Source: Myxococcota bacterium
GTDB taxonomy: Bacteria; Myxococcota_A; UBA9160; UBA6930
Assembly (NCBI GenBank): GCA_965223705.1
Contig: OZ245015.1
Location: 4,096,001-4,160,000, forward strand
Reading direction: 5' to 3'
Length of the DNA: 64,000 nt
Below the pieces are notes generated by a model that saw only the letters and a list, made by a program, of their open reading frames with translations, had not been told where the DNA came from and did not search any database. Each line of letters opens with the position of its first letter. The first letter of the stretch is position 1. The position numbers were made by a program, and so were the translations under genes. Below, in pieces: positions 40,760 through 50,415 of this stretch.

Positions 40760-43168
40760 TCAGTTCTTGTCGGCGCGGGCCACCGGCGCGGGAACCCCGG
40801 CGTGGCGCTCCTGACGAAGCGCGGTGCCCTGAGATTCCGGCGATTCCTCCAGTGCGACCCCGAGGGCTTCACTCATGGATTCGATGGGAACAAAGCGCAT
40901 CTTCCGCGAAAGCTCCGCCGGGATTTCCGAGAGGTCCGCCATGTTCGCAGCCGGGATCAGGATCGTGGTCACACCGGCCCGGTTCGCGGCCAGGGCTTTT
41001 TCCCGAATCCCGCCGACCGGGAGCACCCGCCCTCGCAGGGTCACTTCTCCCGTCATCGCGATATCGGGCCGAACGGGAATACCCATCGCCATCGACACCA
41101 ACGCGGTTGCGATCGTGACTCCGGCCGAAGGACCGTCTTTCGGAATCGCTCCCGCCGGAATGTGAACGTGCACCTGCCGGCGGGACAACATCGTGGCGTC
41201 CCACCCGATGCCCTCGAGGTATGAGCGGACGTAAGTGAGCGCGGTCTGCGCCGATTCTTTCATCACGTCGCCGAGCTGACCGGTGAGAATGAGCCCCCGA
41301 CCCTGGGTCAGCGCCGTTTCCAGCCGGAGGACCTCACCGCCGGCTTCGGTCCACGCGAGGCCGTTCACGACCCCGGTCTCGCCCTCGGCCATGGCCGTCT
41401 CGTGGACGTGCTTGGGGGGGCCGAGCAAAGTCGGAAGCGTTCGCTGGTTGACACGAACGAGCGACGTCTGCCCTTCCGCCGCGCGACGCGCGGCCTTGCG
41501 ACACACGGCGGCGACCTGACGGTTGAGCTCGCGCACCCCCGCTTCGAGGGTGTAGTCCGTCACCATCGACGTCAGTGCGGCGGCGGACCAGTGGATGCGA
41601 TCGTCGGGGAGACCCGCCTCGCTCGTCTCTCGCGGAATGAGAAACGAGCGCGCGATCTCGATCTTCTCTTCCGGCGTGTAGCCCGAGAGTCGAATCACTT
41701 CCATCCGATCGCGCAGCGGCCGCGGGATCGGCTCGATCAGGTTCGCGGTGCAGATGAAGAAGACTTCCGAGAGATCGAACGGAACGTTGAGATAGTGATC
41801 GCTGAAGCGCGCGTTCTGCTCTGGATCGAGCACTTCGAGGAGCGCCGCTGACGGATCGCCCCGGTAGTCGGCGCCGATCTTGTCGATCTCATCGAGCATG
41901 AAGACCGGGTTGCGCGTCCCGGCCTGCTTGATGCCTTGAATGATGCGTCCCGGCAGTGCCCCGACGTAGGTCCGTCGATGGCCGCGAATTTCCGCCTCGT
42001 CGCGCGTGCCGCCGATGGAGACGCGAACGAACTCGCGGCCCATGGCCCGGGCGATCGAGCGCCCGAGCGAAGTCTTGCCGACGCCCGGAGGTCCGACGAA
42101 GCACAGGATGGGACCGCGCGAATCACTGCGCAGCTTCCGGACGCCTAGAAACTCGAGGATGCGGTCCTTGATGCTCGAGAGGTGGGCGTGGTCGGCGTCG
42201 AGGATGGCGCGCGCGTTGACGAGATCGAGGCGATCGGGAGATCCCTTCGACCAGGGCAGCGCGACGAACCAATCGAGGTAGCCCCGAACGACTTGTGCCT
42301 CGGGACCGTCCGGATGCATGTGTTCGAGACGAAGCATCTGCCGCATCGCTTCTTCGTACGCTTCGCCGGGCGCCCCGCTCTCTTCGATCTTGCGACGGTA
42401 CTCCGCGAGTTCTTCGATCCGGGGATCGACTTCGCCGAGTTCGAGTTGAATCGCGCGCAGCTGCTCGCGGAGAAATTGATCTCGCTGACCGCGAGACATC
42501 TCCTCCTTCGCTTGCGACTGGATCTCAGCCTGGACCGTGGTGACTTCGAGCTCGCGCCGCAGCATCGCGTCTACGCGACGCAACCGCGCGATCGGATCGG
42601 CGATCTCGAGAACTTCCTGGGCCTCGGCGAGGCGCAGGCGAAGATTCGATGCGATGAGGTCCGCGAGACGGCCCGGATCCTGGATATTGCCCGTAACCGA
42701 GAGAACTTCGGGCGGCAGGTGTTTCAGTGGAATCAGTTCCTCGACGTGCCCGCGCACAGCTCGAATGAGCGCCTCGGTTTCGACGCACCACTCGGGCTCT
42801 TCCGGTTCTTCGATCGGATGAACACACGCCCACCGAGCGGGTTCGTTCTCGACGAACGAGTCGATGCGCGCTTTGCAGAGCCCTTGGACGAGCGCCTTCA
42901 CGCGCCCGTCGGGCAAGCGCAGAATCCGCATGACCATCGCGACGGTTCCGACGCGGTGGAGATCTTCTCCTTCGGGCTCCTCGATATCACCGTTGCGTTG
43001 CGCAACCAACAGGACCAGCCGGTCCCCGGCGAGGGCGTCTTCGAGCGCGCCGATGGAGCGTTCCCGCGCGACGAACAGGGGGAGGACCATGTACGGAAAG
43101 ATCACCAGCTCGCGGAGCGGGAGGATCGGCAGCTCGTCGGGAATCACAACGTCGGAGGAATCGTCCAT
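40760..43168 (-). CDS. lon: Lon protease
   Basis: LPLR N-domain, GPPGVGKTS, PKDGPSAG. Confidence 0.97.
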   Translation of the reverse strand: MDDSSDVVIPDELPILPLRELVIFPYMVLPLFVARERSIGALEDALAGDRLVLLVAQRNGDIEEPEGEDLHRVGTVAMVMRILRLPDGRVKALVQGLCKARIDSFVENEPARWACVHPIEEPEEPEWCVETEALIRAVRGHVEELIPLKHLPPEVLSVTGNIQDPGRLADLIASNLRLRLAEAQEVLEIADPIARLRRVDAMLRRELEVTTVQAEIQSQAKEEMSRGQRDQFLREQLRAIQLELGEVDPRIEELAEYRRKIEESGAPGEAYEEAMRQMLRLEHMHPDGPEAQVVRGYLDWFVALPWSKGSPDRLDLVNARAILDADHAHLSSIKDRILEFLGVRKLRSDSRGPILCFVGPPGVGKTSLGRSIARAMGREFVRVSIGGTRDEAEIRGHRRTYVGALPGRIIQGIKQAGTRNPVFMLDEIDKIGADYRGDPSAALLEVLDPEQNARFSDHYLNVPFDLSEVFFICTANLIEPIPRPLRDRMEVIRLSGYTPEEKIEIARSFLIPRETSEAGLPDDRIHWSAAALTSMVTDYTLEAGVRELNRQVAAVCRKAARRAAEGQTSLVRVNQRTLPTLLGPPKHVHETAMAEGETGVVNGLAWTEAGGEVLRLETALTQGRGLILTGQLGDVMKESAQTALTYVRSYLEGIGWDATMLSRRQVHVHIPAGAIPKDGPSAGVTIATALVSMAMGIPVRPDIAMTGEVTLRGRVLPVGGIREKALAANRAGVTTILIPAANMADLSEIPAELSRKMRFVPIESMSEALGVALEESPESQGTALRQERHAGVPAPVARADKN

Positions 43169-43231
43169 CCTTCGTTGTTTCGTCGGAGCCTCCGCGCGAC
43201 TTGAGGCGCGGGAGACGTCTCCGAGACAGCC

Positions 43232-45328
43232 TTAAGGCTCTGTGACGGAGAGCTCTTGCTTCGCGGGACGCAGATGGGGAGCGGTGCCCGCTTCGTCGAC
43301 GGAGATGATGCGCCCGCGGTGCACACCGAGGAGGTGTGGTCGCTTCGCAGCGTTTCCGTCGGGTAGCACTTTCGTCACTCCGGAAACCCCCGCAGCGATG
43401 CCCGTCCCCCGCAGTGATTCAGCGAGAGATCCGCCGTCACCGTCGCGCAACTGCGATAGGAGCAGGCGCGCCGTGTCGTAGGCGACGGCGGCAAAGGCGT
43501 CGGCGGGTTGACCGAACGTCGCTTTGTACCGGCTGCCGAAAGCGGCCAATGCGGGATGCTCGCTCTCGTCGTAGTAAGCGGAGGTGAAAACAGAACCGCC
43601 GACGTGATTGCGTCCGATGGCGACGAGATCGGGGTGATTCCAATCCGACAATCCGAGGAGGCGCACGCCCGAGATTTCGTGGAAGGTGAGCTGCGGCGCG
43701 ACGAGGGCGACGTTCTGATGCGTGTCGGGAATGAAGAGCGCATCGAAGTCGATGAAAGGCGGCAACGGCTCTCCGCCGGGCCCCTCCATTTCGGCGGCTT
43801 TTGCACGAAGCTCCGCCGCCGTCTCGGGCGACTTCCGCTTGGCTTCGCGGAGCAGGCGGTTCCGCGCGCGGATCGCTCCGAGTTCCGCGTTGCTGATCAA
43901 GCGGTAGCCGACCAGCGCGCGCATTGGATCCGCGAAGTCGGTCGCTCCCGCTTCGTAGCTCGCCACAGCGACGATTTCGCCGCCCCGGGCTTCGACGGCA
44001 TCCCAGAAAAGACCGCGCGCCTGGCGCCCGTATCCATCCCGCGGATACAGCACGCCGAAACGCGACAAGCCGAGCTCGTCCATGGCGTACGTGACGAGCG
44101 TTTCGATCTCCGCGCGCGGCGTCAGGCCGAAGCGGAAGATGCGATCGCCGGTGGTCGCGATCTCCTCGCGGCGCGACAGAGCGAGCAGGGGAATTCCCGC
44201 GCGCTGGGCCGCACGGGCCGCAGCTTGAGATTCCTTGCCGAGGAGCGGTCCGATGATGGCGGAAGCGCCTTCGCGCTCGAGCTCCATCACGCCGCGTTCC
44301 GCGCCCGCCGCCGTGCCACCGGTGTCGCGCACAAGGAGCTCGACGCCACCTCGCACGTGGCGCGCGCGCGCATCGAAAATTCCGGTCGCGAGTGTGATCC
44401 CCTCGAGACTCTTTCTGCCGACGCTCGCGTACGGCCCGGAGAGCGGTAGCAGAACGCCAACCCTGCCCGACTCACGCTCGGGATCGGTCGGCGGGAGAAA
44501 ACGAGCTTCGCGAATCGAGGGGAGCGCCGTCGCGCGCGCGCCGGCGCCGCCTCCGCCTTCGAGCTCGGACAGCAGCAGCGCCAACCGCTCGCCCGATTCC
44601 GCTGAAAGCGGGAGGGCGCCGGCCCGTCGCAACGCGTCTTCCGCGCGCGCGGGTTCGCCCGCCGCGAGCGCGCGGGACGCTTCTTCCAACCAGAGACGAC
44701 CGGCCGGGAAGCTGCGACCGAGTTGTTTCGCAAGCGGTGGCACCGTTCCGGCGGGCAAGCCGCGAATGACGTCGTCGATGAGCGAGTCGGTCGCCGCCGC
44801 GTCGACTTCGTTCTGCTCCCCGCGAAGCTCGGCCAACCAGCGCAGCTGACCGAGGGGATCGTTCCGGCGTCCCGCCAGTTCTGCGAGCCGGCGACGCAGG
44901 ATGCCCCGTCGTTCGGGATCGAGTTGCGAAAGTCGCGCGCCGGACAGCGTCGCGTAGGCGGCATCGAGATCGCCGGACGATTCCTCGATCTCGGCCAGGG
45001 CGAGCCGCGCGTCGAAGCTCGCAGGAGCGCGGGGATAGCGGCGCAACAACTCGCGCATCGTCGCGGTCGCCGTCTCGGGATCTCCGTCTTCCCGTTGGAG
45101 CTCGGCCAGGTCGAGCATCGCCTTCGGCGCCCGCGGATCGCGGGGACGCGTCTCGATCAATTCTGCGAGCGCGCGTTTCTCGGCCTCTCGATCGGCGGAC
45201 GTACCGGCCTCGTAGGTACCGGTGCGAGGCTCGGACGGAGTCGGCATGCGGAACGGCGGGCCCGCGCAGCTGGTGGCCAGCAACAGCGTCGCGCACATCG
45301 CGATTCGGCTCAGGTCGTGTCTACTCAA
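43232..45328 (-). CDS. LpoA-like penicillin-binding protein activator lipoprotein
   Basis: Lipobox LATSC, TPR-like region, GVLLPLSG, IIGPL, FDALFIPD; start uncertain. Confidence 0.75.
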   Translation of the reverse strand: MSRHDLSRIAMCATLLLATSCAGPPFRMPTPSEPRTGTYEAGTSADREAEKRALAELIETRPRDPRAPKAMLDLAELQREDGDPETATATMRELLRRYPRAPASFDARLALAEIEESSGDLDAAYATLSGARLSQLDPERRGILRRRLAELAGRRNDPLGQLRWLAELRGEQNEVDAAATDSLIDDVIRGLPAGTVPPLAKQLGRSFPAGRLWLEEASRALAAGEPARAEDALRRAGALPLSAESGERLALLLSELEGGGGAGARATALPSIREARFLPPTDPERESGRVGVLLPLSGPYASVGRKSLEGITLATGIFDARARHVRGGVELLVRDTGGTAAGAERGVMELEREGASAIIGPLLGKESQAAARAAQRAGIPLLALSRREEIATTGDRIFRFGLTPRAEIETLVTYAMDELGLSRFGVLYPRDGYGRQARGLFWDAVEARGGEIVAVASYEAGATDFADPMRALVGYRLISNAELGAIRARNRLLREAKRKSPETAAELRAKAAEMEGPGGEPLPPFIDFDALFIPDTHQNVALVAPQLTFHEISGVRLLGLSDWNHPDLVAIGRNHVGGSVFTSAYYDESEHPALAAFGSRYKATFGQPADAFAAVAYDTARLLLSQLRDGDGGSLAESLRGTGIAAGVSGVTKVLPDGNAAKRPHLLGVHRGRIISVDEAGTAPHLRPAKQELSVTEP

Positions 45329-46449
45329 TCGAACAGATCTTTCAGCTTGTCGAGGAAGCCCTTCGTCACGGGTGACGTGTCGGTGCCGGTCTCCTCGGCG
45401 AACTCCTCGAGAAGCTCCCGCTGCTTCCGAGTGAGCTTCGCCGGCACCTCGACGAAGATTCGCACGAACTGATCGCCTCGGCGCCCGTCGGCCAGGTTTG
45501 GCAGCCCTTTTCCGCGCAGGCGGAACGTTTTGCCCGACTGTGTGCCCTCGGGGATCTTTAACTGGACCCGCCCCTCGAGGGTCGGTACTTCGATCTCGCC
45601 GCCGAGCGCCGCCTGGGTGAAAGGGATCGGGCGCTCGCAGTGGAGATCCGGGCCGTCGCGCTCGAAGAGTGGATGCGGTGCCACGGAAATCACGACGTAG
45701 AGGTCTCCCGGCGGTCCGCCGGCCACGCCGGCCTCACCTTCCCCGGAGACTCGGAGGCGCATGCCGTCGTCGACACCGGCGGGGACACGAACCGAGAGCG
45801 TCCGCTCGCCTTCGACGCGACCCGCTCCGCGGCACTCGCCGCAGGGATTCCGGACGACGAACCCCTCGCCGCGACATTGGTCACAGGGCCGGCTGATGCG
45901 GAACAAGCCCTGTTGGAAGATGGCCTGGCCCGATCCACCGCAGGACCCACAACGCTCGGGCTCTGTGCCCGGTGCGGCACCGGAGCCGTGACACGCCTCG
46001 CACGCGAGGGTTTTCGGAATCTCGATGCTGGCTTCCAGGCCATCGGCGGCCTGGTTGAGGTCGATCTCGAGGTTGTAACGGAGATCCGCACCGCGCTGTC
46101 CGCGTCCGCGTCGGCCGCCAGCAGCACCTGCGGCACCGAAGAGATCGCCGAACAGGTCGTTGAAGATGTCGCCAAAACCCGAGAAATCGCCGCCCTGAGC
46201 GAAACCACCGCCTCCGCCGGCGCCCGCTACGCCTTCGTGGCCGAAGCGGTCGTACATGGCGCGTTTCTCGTTGTCGGCGAGGATCGCGTACGCCTCGGAG
46301 GCTTCCTTGAACTTCTCTTCGGCGACGGCGTCGTCGGGATTGCGATCGGGGTGGTACTGAAGCGCCAGCTTCCGGTACGCGCTCTTCAGCGTATCCGCGT
46401 CGGCGTCGCGGGAGACTCCCAATACTTCGTAGTAGTCCCGCTTCGCCAA
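45325..46449 (-). CDS. dnaJ: Chaperone DnaJ
   Basis: HPD, G/F region, four CxxCxGxG repeats. Confidence 0.98.
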   Translation of the reverse strand: MAKRDYYEVLGVSRDADADTLKSAYRKLALQYHPDRNPDDAVAEEKFKEASEAYAILADNEKRAMYDRFGHEGVAGAGGGGGFAQGGDFSGFGDIFNDLFGDLFGAAGAAGGRRGRGQRGADLRYNLEIDLNQAADGLEASIEIPKTLACEACHGSGAAPGTEPERCGSCGGSGQAIFQQGLFRISRPCDQCRGEGFVVRNPCGECRGAGRVEGERTLSVRVPAGVDDGMRLRVSGEGEAGVAGGPPGDLYVVISVAPHPLFERDGPDLHCERPIPFTQAALGGEIEVPTLEGRVQLKIPEGTQSGKTFRLRGKGLPNLADGRRGDQFVRIFVEVPAKLTRKQRELLEEFAEETGTDTSPVTKGFLDKLKDLFD

Positions 46450-46501
46450 ATGGTGACTCGTTGCGTTCCGCCGGAGTTATTCGATGGACCGATGCGCGGG
46501 C

Positions 46502-48328
46502 TCAGTCAGAGGCCTCTTCCGCACCGAGGCTCGCGTATAGCGCTTCCGTCATTTGGTAGGAGAGCGTCGAGAGTTCGTCAACGGCTGCGGCGAGAGCTTG
46601 CTCGTCACCGGAGGAGATCTCGGCCTTGGCTTTCTCGATCGCGCCTCGGAGCGCTTCTTTCTGATCGTCCGCGATGTGGTCCGCGTATTCCTCGACGGTG
46701 CGCTCGGTGGAGTAGATCAGGCCATCGGCCTTGTTCACGAGCTCGGTCTTCGCGCGGCGCTCCTGGTCCGATTGGGCGTGCTCGGACGCTTCTTCGACCA
46801 AGCGCGCGATGTCTTCGTCCGACAAGCCGCCGTTCGCGCTCACGCGCACGGCCTGTTCCTTGCCCGTACCGAGGTCCTTGGCGGACACCGCGACGACACC
46901 GTCGGTGTCGATTTCAAAGGCGACTTCGATCTGCGGGACACCGCGCGGCGCCGGCGGAATCCCCACGAGTTCGAAGCGACCGAGGGTCTTGTTGTCCTCG
47001 GCCATCTCGCGCTCGCCTTGGAGCACGTGGATACGCACGACGTTCTGGTTGTCTTCCGTCGTCGAAAATACCTGAGCTTGGCGCGTCGGAATCGTCGTGT
47101 TCTTCTCGATGATCTTCGTGAAGACACCGCCCTGGGTCTCGACGCCGAGCGACAGGGGCGTGACATCGAGCAGCAACACGTCTTCGACGTCGCCCTGAAT
47201 CACACCGCCCTGAATCGACGCGCCGACGGCGACGACCTCGTCGGGGTTCACCGTCTTGTTGGGATCGCGGCCGAAGATCTCTTTGACCTTCTCCTGGATG
47301 CGCGGCATGCGCGTCATGCCGCCGACCAGGATCACGTCCTTGATATCGGCCTTGGAAAGCCCTGCGTCTTCGAGCGCTGTCTCGCACGGCTCGATCAGTC
47401 GATCGATCAAGTCTGCGACGAGCGCTTCGAGCTTCTCGCGCGTCAGCGTCAAATTGAGGTGCTTCGGACCGGACTCGTCGGCGCTGATAAAGGGCAGGTT
47501 GATGTCGGTGGCTTCGGTCGACGAGAGTTCGTGCTTTGCGCGCTCGGCCGCTTCCTTGAGTCGCTGCAGTGCCATCGTGTCGGGTCGCAGGTCGATCTGG
47601 TGTTCGCTCAGGAACGCCTCGATCAAGTGCTCGACGATGCGCTGGTCGAAATCTTCGCCGCCGAGGAACGTGTCACCGTTCGTGCTGCGGACTTCGAACA
47701 CGCCGTCGCCGAGTTCGAGGATCGAGATATCGAATGTGCCGCCACCGAGGTCGAAGACCGCGATGCACCCGGACGTCTCTTGCCCGAGCCCGTAGGCCAG
47801 CGCGGCAGCCGTCGGCTCGTTGATGATCCGCAGGACGTTGAGCCCCGCGATCTTGCCCGCGTCTTTCGTCGCTTGGCGCTGTGCGTCGTTGAAGTAGGCG
47901 GGAACCGTGATCACGGCGTCGGTCACGGCATCGCCGACGAAGTCCGCCGCGATCTCGCGCATCTTGGCGAGCACGATCGCGGAAATTTCCTGGGGCGGCG
48001 CGAGCTTGTCGCCGAGGCGAATCCAGGCATCACCGTTGTCCGAGGCCTCGATGCCGAACGGGGCGATCTTCGCGAACTCGGCGGCTTCGGGCGAGTCGAA
48101 GGGACGTCCGATCAAACGCTTCGCCGCAAATACGGTGCGATCGGGGTTGGTGACCGCTTGGCGTTTCGCGATTTGACCGACGAGTTTTTCGCCCTGATCG
48201 GTGAACGCCACCATCGAAGGCGTCGTGCGCCCGCCCTCGGCATTGGGAATCACCTGCGGTTCTTGACCGTCCATGATGGCGCAGCAAGAGTTCGTGGTTC
48301 CGAGGTCGATGCCGATGACTTTGCTCAT
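46502..48328 (-). CDS. dnaK: Chaperone DnaK
   Basis: [29 protein letters not shown] linker. Confidence 0.98.
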   Translation of the reverse strand: MSKVIGIDLGTTNSCCAIMDGQEPQVIPNAEGGRTTPSMVAFTDQGEKLVGQIAKRQAVTNPDRTVFAAKRLIGRPFDSPEAAEFAKIAPFGIEASDNGDAWIRLGDKLAPPQEISAIVLAKMREIAADFVGDAVTDAVITVPAYFNDAQRQATKDAGKIAGLNVLRIINEPTAAALAYGLGQETSGCIAVFDLGGGTFDISILELGDGVFEVRSTNGDTFLGGEDFDQRIVEHLIEAFLSEHQIDLRPDTMALQRLKEAAERAKHELSSTEATDINLPFISADESGPKHLNLTLTREKLEALVADLIDRLIEPCETALEDAGLSKADIKDVILVGGMTRMPRIQEKVKEIFGRDPNKTVNPDEVVAVGASIQGGVIQGDVEDVLLLDVTPLSLGVETQGGVFTKIIEKNTTIPTRQAQVFSTTEDNQNVVRIHVLQGEREMAEDNKTLGRFELVGIPPAPRGVPQIEVAFEIDTDGVVAVSAKDLGTGKEQAVRVSANGGLSDEDIARLVEEASEHAQSDQERRAKTELVNKADGLIYSTERTVEEYADHIADDQKEALRGAIEKAKAEISSGDEQALAAAVDELSTLSYQMTEALYASLGAEEASD

Positions 48329-48330
48329 CA

Positions 48331-49086
48331 CTAAACCTCTTCGTCGCCGGTTTCGCTTTTCGACGAAACCTCGTCGGCGCCGTCGGGCACGGTCGCGATA
48401 TCGTCCGCAATCGGTTGGGGCGCGGCGGCTTGTTCCGCGAGCGGGGTTTCACTCTTCTTCGAAACGATGACCTTCGCCGGTCGCAACAAGCGATCGCGAA
48501 GCTGATAACCCTTCGCGAACACCTGAACGACGGTGTTCTGCGGAACCGAGTCATCTTCTTGCTGTGCCATCGCCTCGTGGACTGCGGGATCGAACGCCTC
48601 CCCCGCCGCTTCGATCACGGTCACGCCGTGGCGATCGAGCGCTTGAATCAATTCTCTTTGTACGAGTTCGACACCCTGCAACATCGCTTCGAAGTCACCG
48701 CCCGCACTGCTTCGCGCGTGCTCAATTGCGCGTTCGAGATTATCGACCGTTCCTAAAAGGTCCTTGACGATATTCTCGTGGCCGTAGTTGTGGGCGTCCT
48801 GCCGCTCTTTCATCACCCGTTTGCGGTGATTCTCGTAGTCGGCCTGAAGGCGTATGTATTGATCCTGCAGCGCTTCGTGGGCCGCGCGCAGTTCGGTGAG
48901 TTCGGCCTCGAGCCGACCGTCGGAATCGCCCGCATCACCGCCCGATTCTTTCGCGCCGACCGCTTCCGCCGCTTCGCGGAGCGCTTCCTCGAGCGCCGGG
49001 TTCGGCGGAAGAGTCCCGCCCGAGGCCTCGTCGGAAGCGTCGCCGTCGTTCACCCTGTCGTCGTCGTGGACGTCGCCCTGACTCAC
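48331..49086 (-). CDS. grpE: Nucleotide exchange factor GrpE
   Basis: [31 protein letters not shown] start with GGAGA SD. Confidence 0.95.
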   Translation of the reverse strand: MSQGDVHDDDRVNDGDASDEASGGTLPPNPALEEALREAAEAVGAKESGGDAGDSDGRLEAELTELRAAHEALQDQYIRLQADYENHRKRVMKERQDAHNYGHENIVKDLLGTVDNLERAIEHARSSAGGDFEAMLQGVELVQRELIQALDRHGVTVIEAAGEAFDPAVHEAMAQQEDDSVPQNTVVQVFAKGYQLRDRLLRPAKVIVSKKSETPLAEQAAAPQPIADDIATVPDGADEVSSKSETGDEEV

Positions 49087-49212
49087 GTGTTCTCCATCGA
49101 ACGAACCGTTCGCCGTCCTATCGGCAAAACGGACGTTCAGTCGTAACACCCTGTTTTTCGTAGGTCAAACACCATGGACCGAAGTTCCAGGAGCCGCGAT
49201 TTTCCCGTGTGG

Positions 49213-50376
49213 TCAGAGCAGTTCCAGGAGGACGCTATCCGCGATGCGGCGTCCGGAAGGCGTCAATTTGAGGTGTCGCCCGAGCGTGACTGCGACGAGT
49301 TCCGCGGCCTGGAGCGCGACGAGACGCGCGCGCAGGAGCGAGCCGGCGTCCGTGTTGAATTCTCGGCGGAACGCGCGGAGATCGAGGCCGCGGTCGGTTC
49401 GCAGCGCGAGAAAGACCGCTTCCCGCATCGCCTCGTCCCGAGAGAGAGCCGGAGAGCTTTTCTCGGCGTGGCCATTGTCCTCCACTCGCCGAAAATACTC
49501 TTCCAAGAGGCGCGGATTCTCGGGGCGTCTCCCGTACGGCGCGGACGACCCGTTTGGATCGAACGAGCTCGCGCCGACGCCGAGCGCCAACACCGGGCGT
49601 CGCTCCCAGTAGCGCCGGTTGTGGAGCGAAGCGAAGCCGGGGCGCGCGAAGTTCGACAATTCGTAGTGGCGGTAGCCCGCCCTCTCGAGGGTCTCCCACA
49701 CGGTTTCGAGCATCGCGTAGCCGGTTTCCTCGTCGGGCAGCGCGAGCTTGCCGCGCGGGGCGGCGCGCGCGAAAGGCGTGTCGCCCTCGATCGTCAGGGT
49801 ATATGCAGAAATGTGTTCGGGAGCGAACGCCAACGCGCGGTTCAGATCGCACTCGAGCGATGTGAGCGTTTGGCCGGGCGCGCCGAAGATCAGGTCGAGA
49901 GACACGTTGTCGAAGCCGGCGTCACGGGCGGCGCGAAGGGTCGCGTCGCACGCGTCCCTCCGGTGGGCCCGGCCGAGTCGCCGGAGCGTCGTGTCGTCGA
50001 AGGACTGAACACCGATCGACAAGCGGTTCACTCCGCGCGCGCGAAACGCCGGCAGACGCTCTCGCTCGAGCGTGCTGGGGTTCACCTCGAGCGTCACTTC
50101 GCGCGGTTGCCCGGGAAAGTGTCGGCCCACCGCGTCGAGGAGCCTGGCCACACTCTCCGGGCGGAGAAGAGACGGCGTTCCGCCACCGAAATACACCGTG
50201 GCGACGCGGGCGCCGGCGAAATCTCCGGCCCGTTGTCGCAGCTCCCGGATGAGCGCGTCGAGGTAGCGCGTTTCCTCTCCCAGGGAGAGCGTCGGGCGAG
50301 GGACCACCGCGAAGTCGCAGTACGGGCAAACGCGTTCGCAGAAGGGAATGTGGAAATAGACGCCGACGTCGCTCAC
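49213..50376 (-). CDS. hemW: Radical SAM heme chaperone HemW
   Basis: YFHIPFC...CPYCDF, GGGTPS, YELSNF, HNRRYW. Confidence 0.92.
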   Translation of the reverse strand: MSDVGVYFHIPFCERVCPYCDFAVVPRPTLSLGEETRYLDALIRELRQRAGDFAGARVATVYFGGGTPSLLRPESVARLLDAVGRHFPGQPREVTLEVNPSTLERERLPAFRARGVNRLSIGVQSFDDTTLRRLGRAHRRDACDATLRAARDAGFDNVSLDLIFGAPGQTLTSLECDLNRALAFAPEHISAYTLTIEGDTPFARAAPRGKLALPDEETGYAMLETVWETLERAGYRHYELSNFARPGFASLHNRRYWERRPVLALGVGASSFDPNGSSAPYGRRPENPRLLEEYFRRVEDNGHAEKSSPALSRDEAMREAVFLALRTDRGLDLRAFRREFNTDAGSLLRARLVALQAAELVAVTLGRHLKLTPSGRRIADSVLLELL

Positions 50377-50415
50377 CGAGGACAGCGTACTGGACCTCCG
50401 GTACCCTCGTCCCGG

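Noticed and set aside
43169..43210. TCAAG...CCGACGAA upstream of lon as another sigma28-like promoter
   Set aside because: Spacer about 3 nt shorter than at the MCP site and a poor -10 match
46553..48334. 593-aa plus-strand ORF antisense to dnaK
   Set aside because: Well-known antisense shadow ORF of dnaK in GC-rich genomes; no motifs of its own
49174..50415. Apparent ~414-aa N-terminal extension of the M16 peptidase, and the reciprocal extension of hemW to 51063
   Set aside because: Each extension is the stop-free antisense of the other gene; family motifs begin near 50416 and 50376
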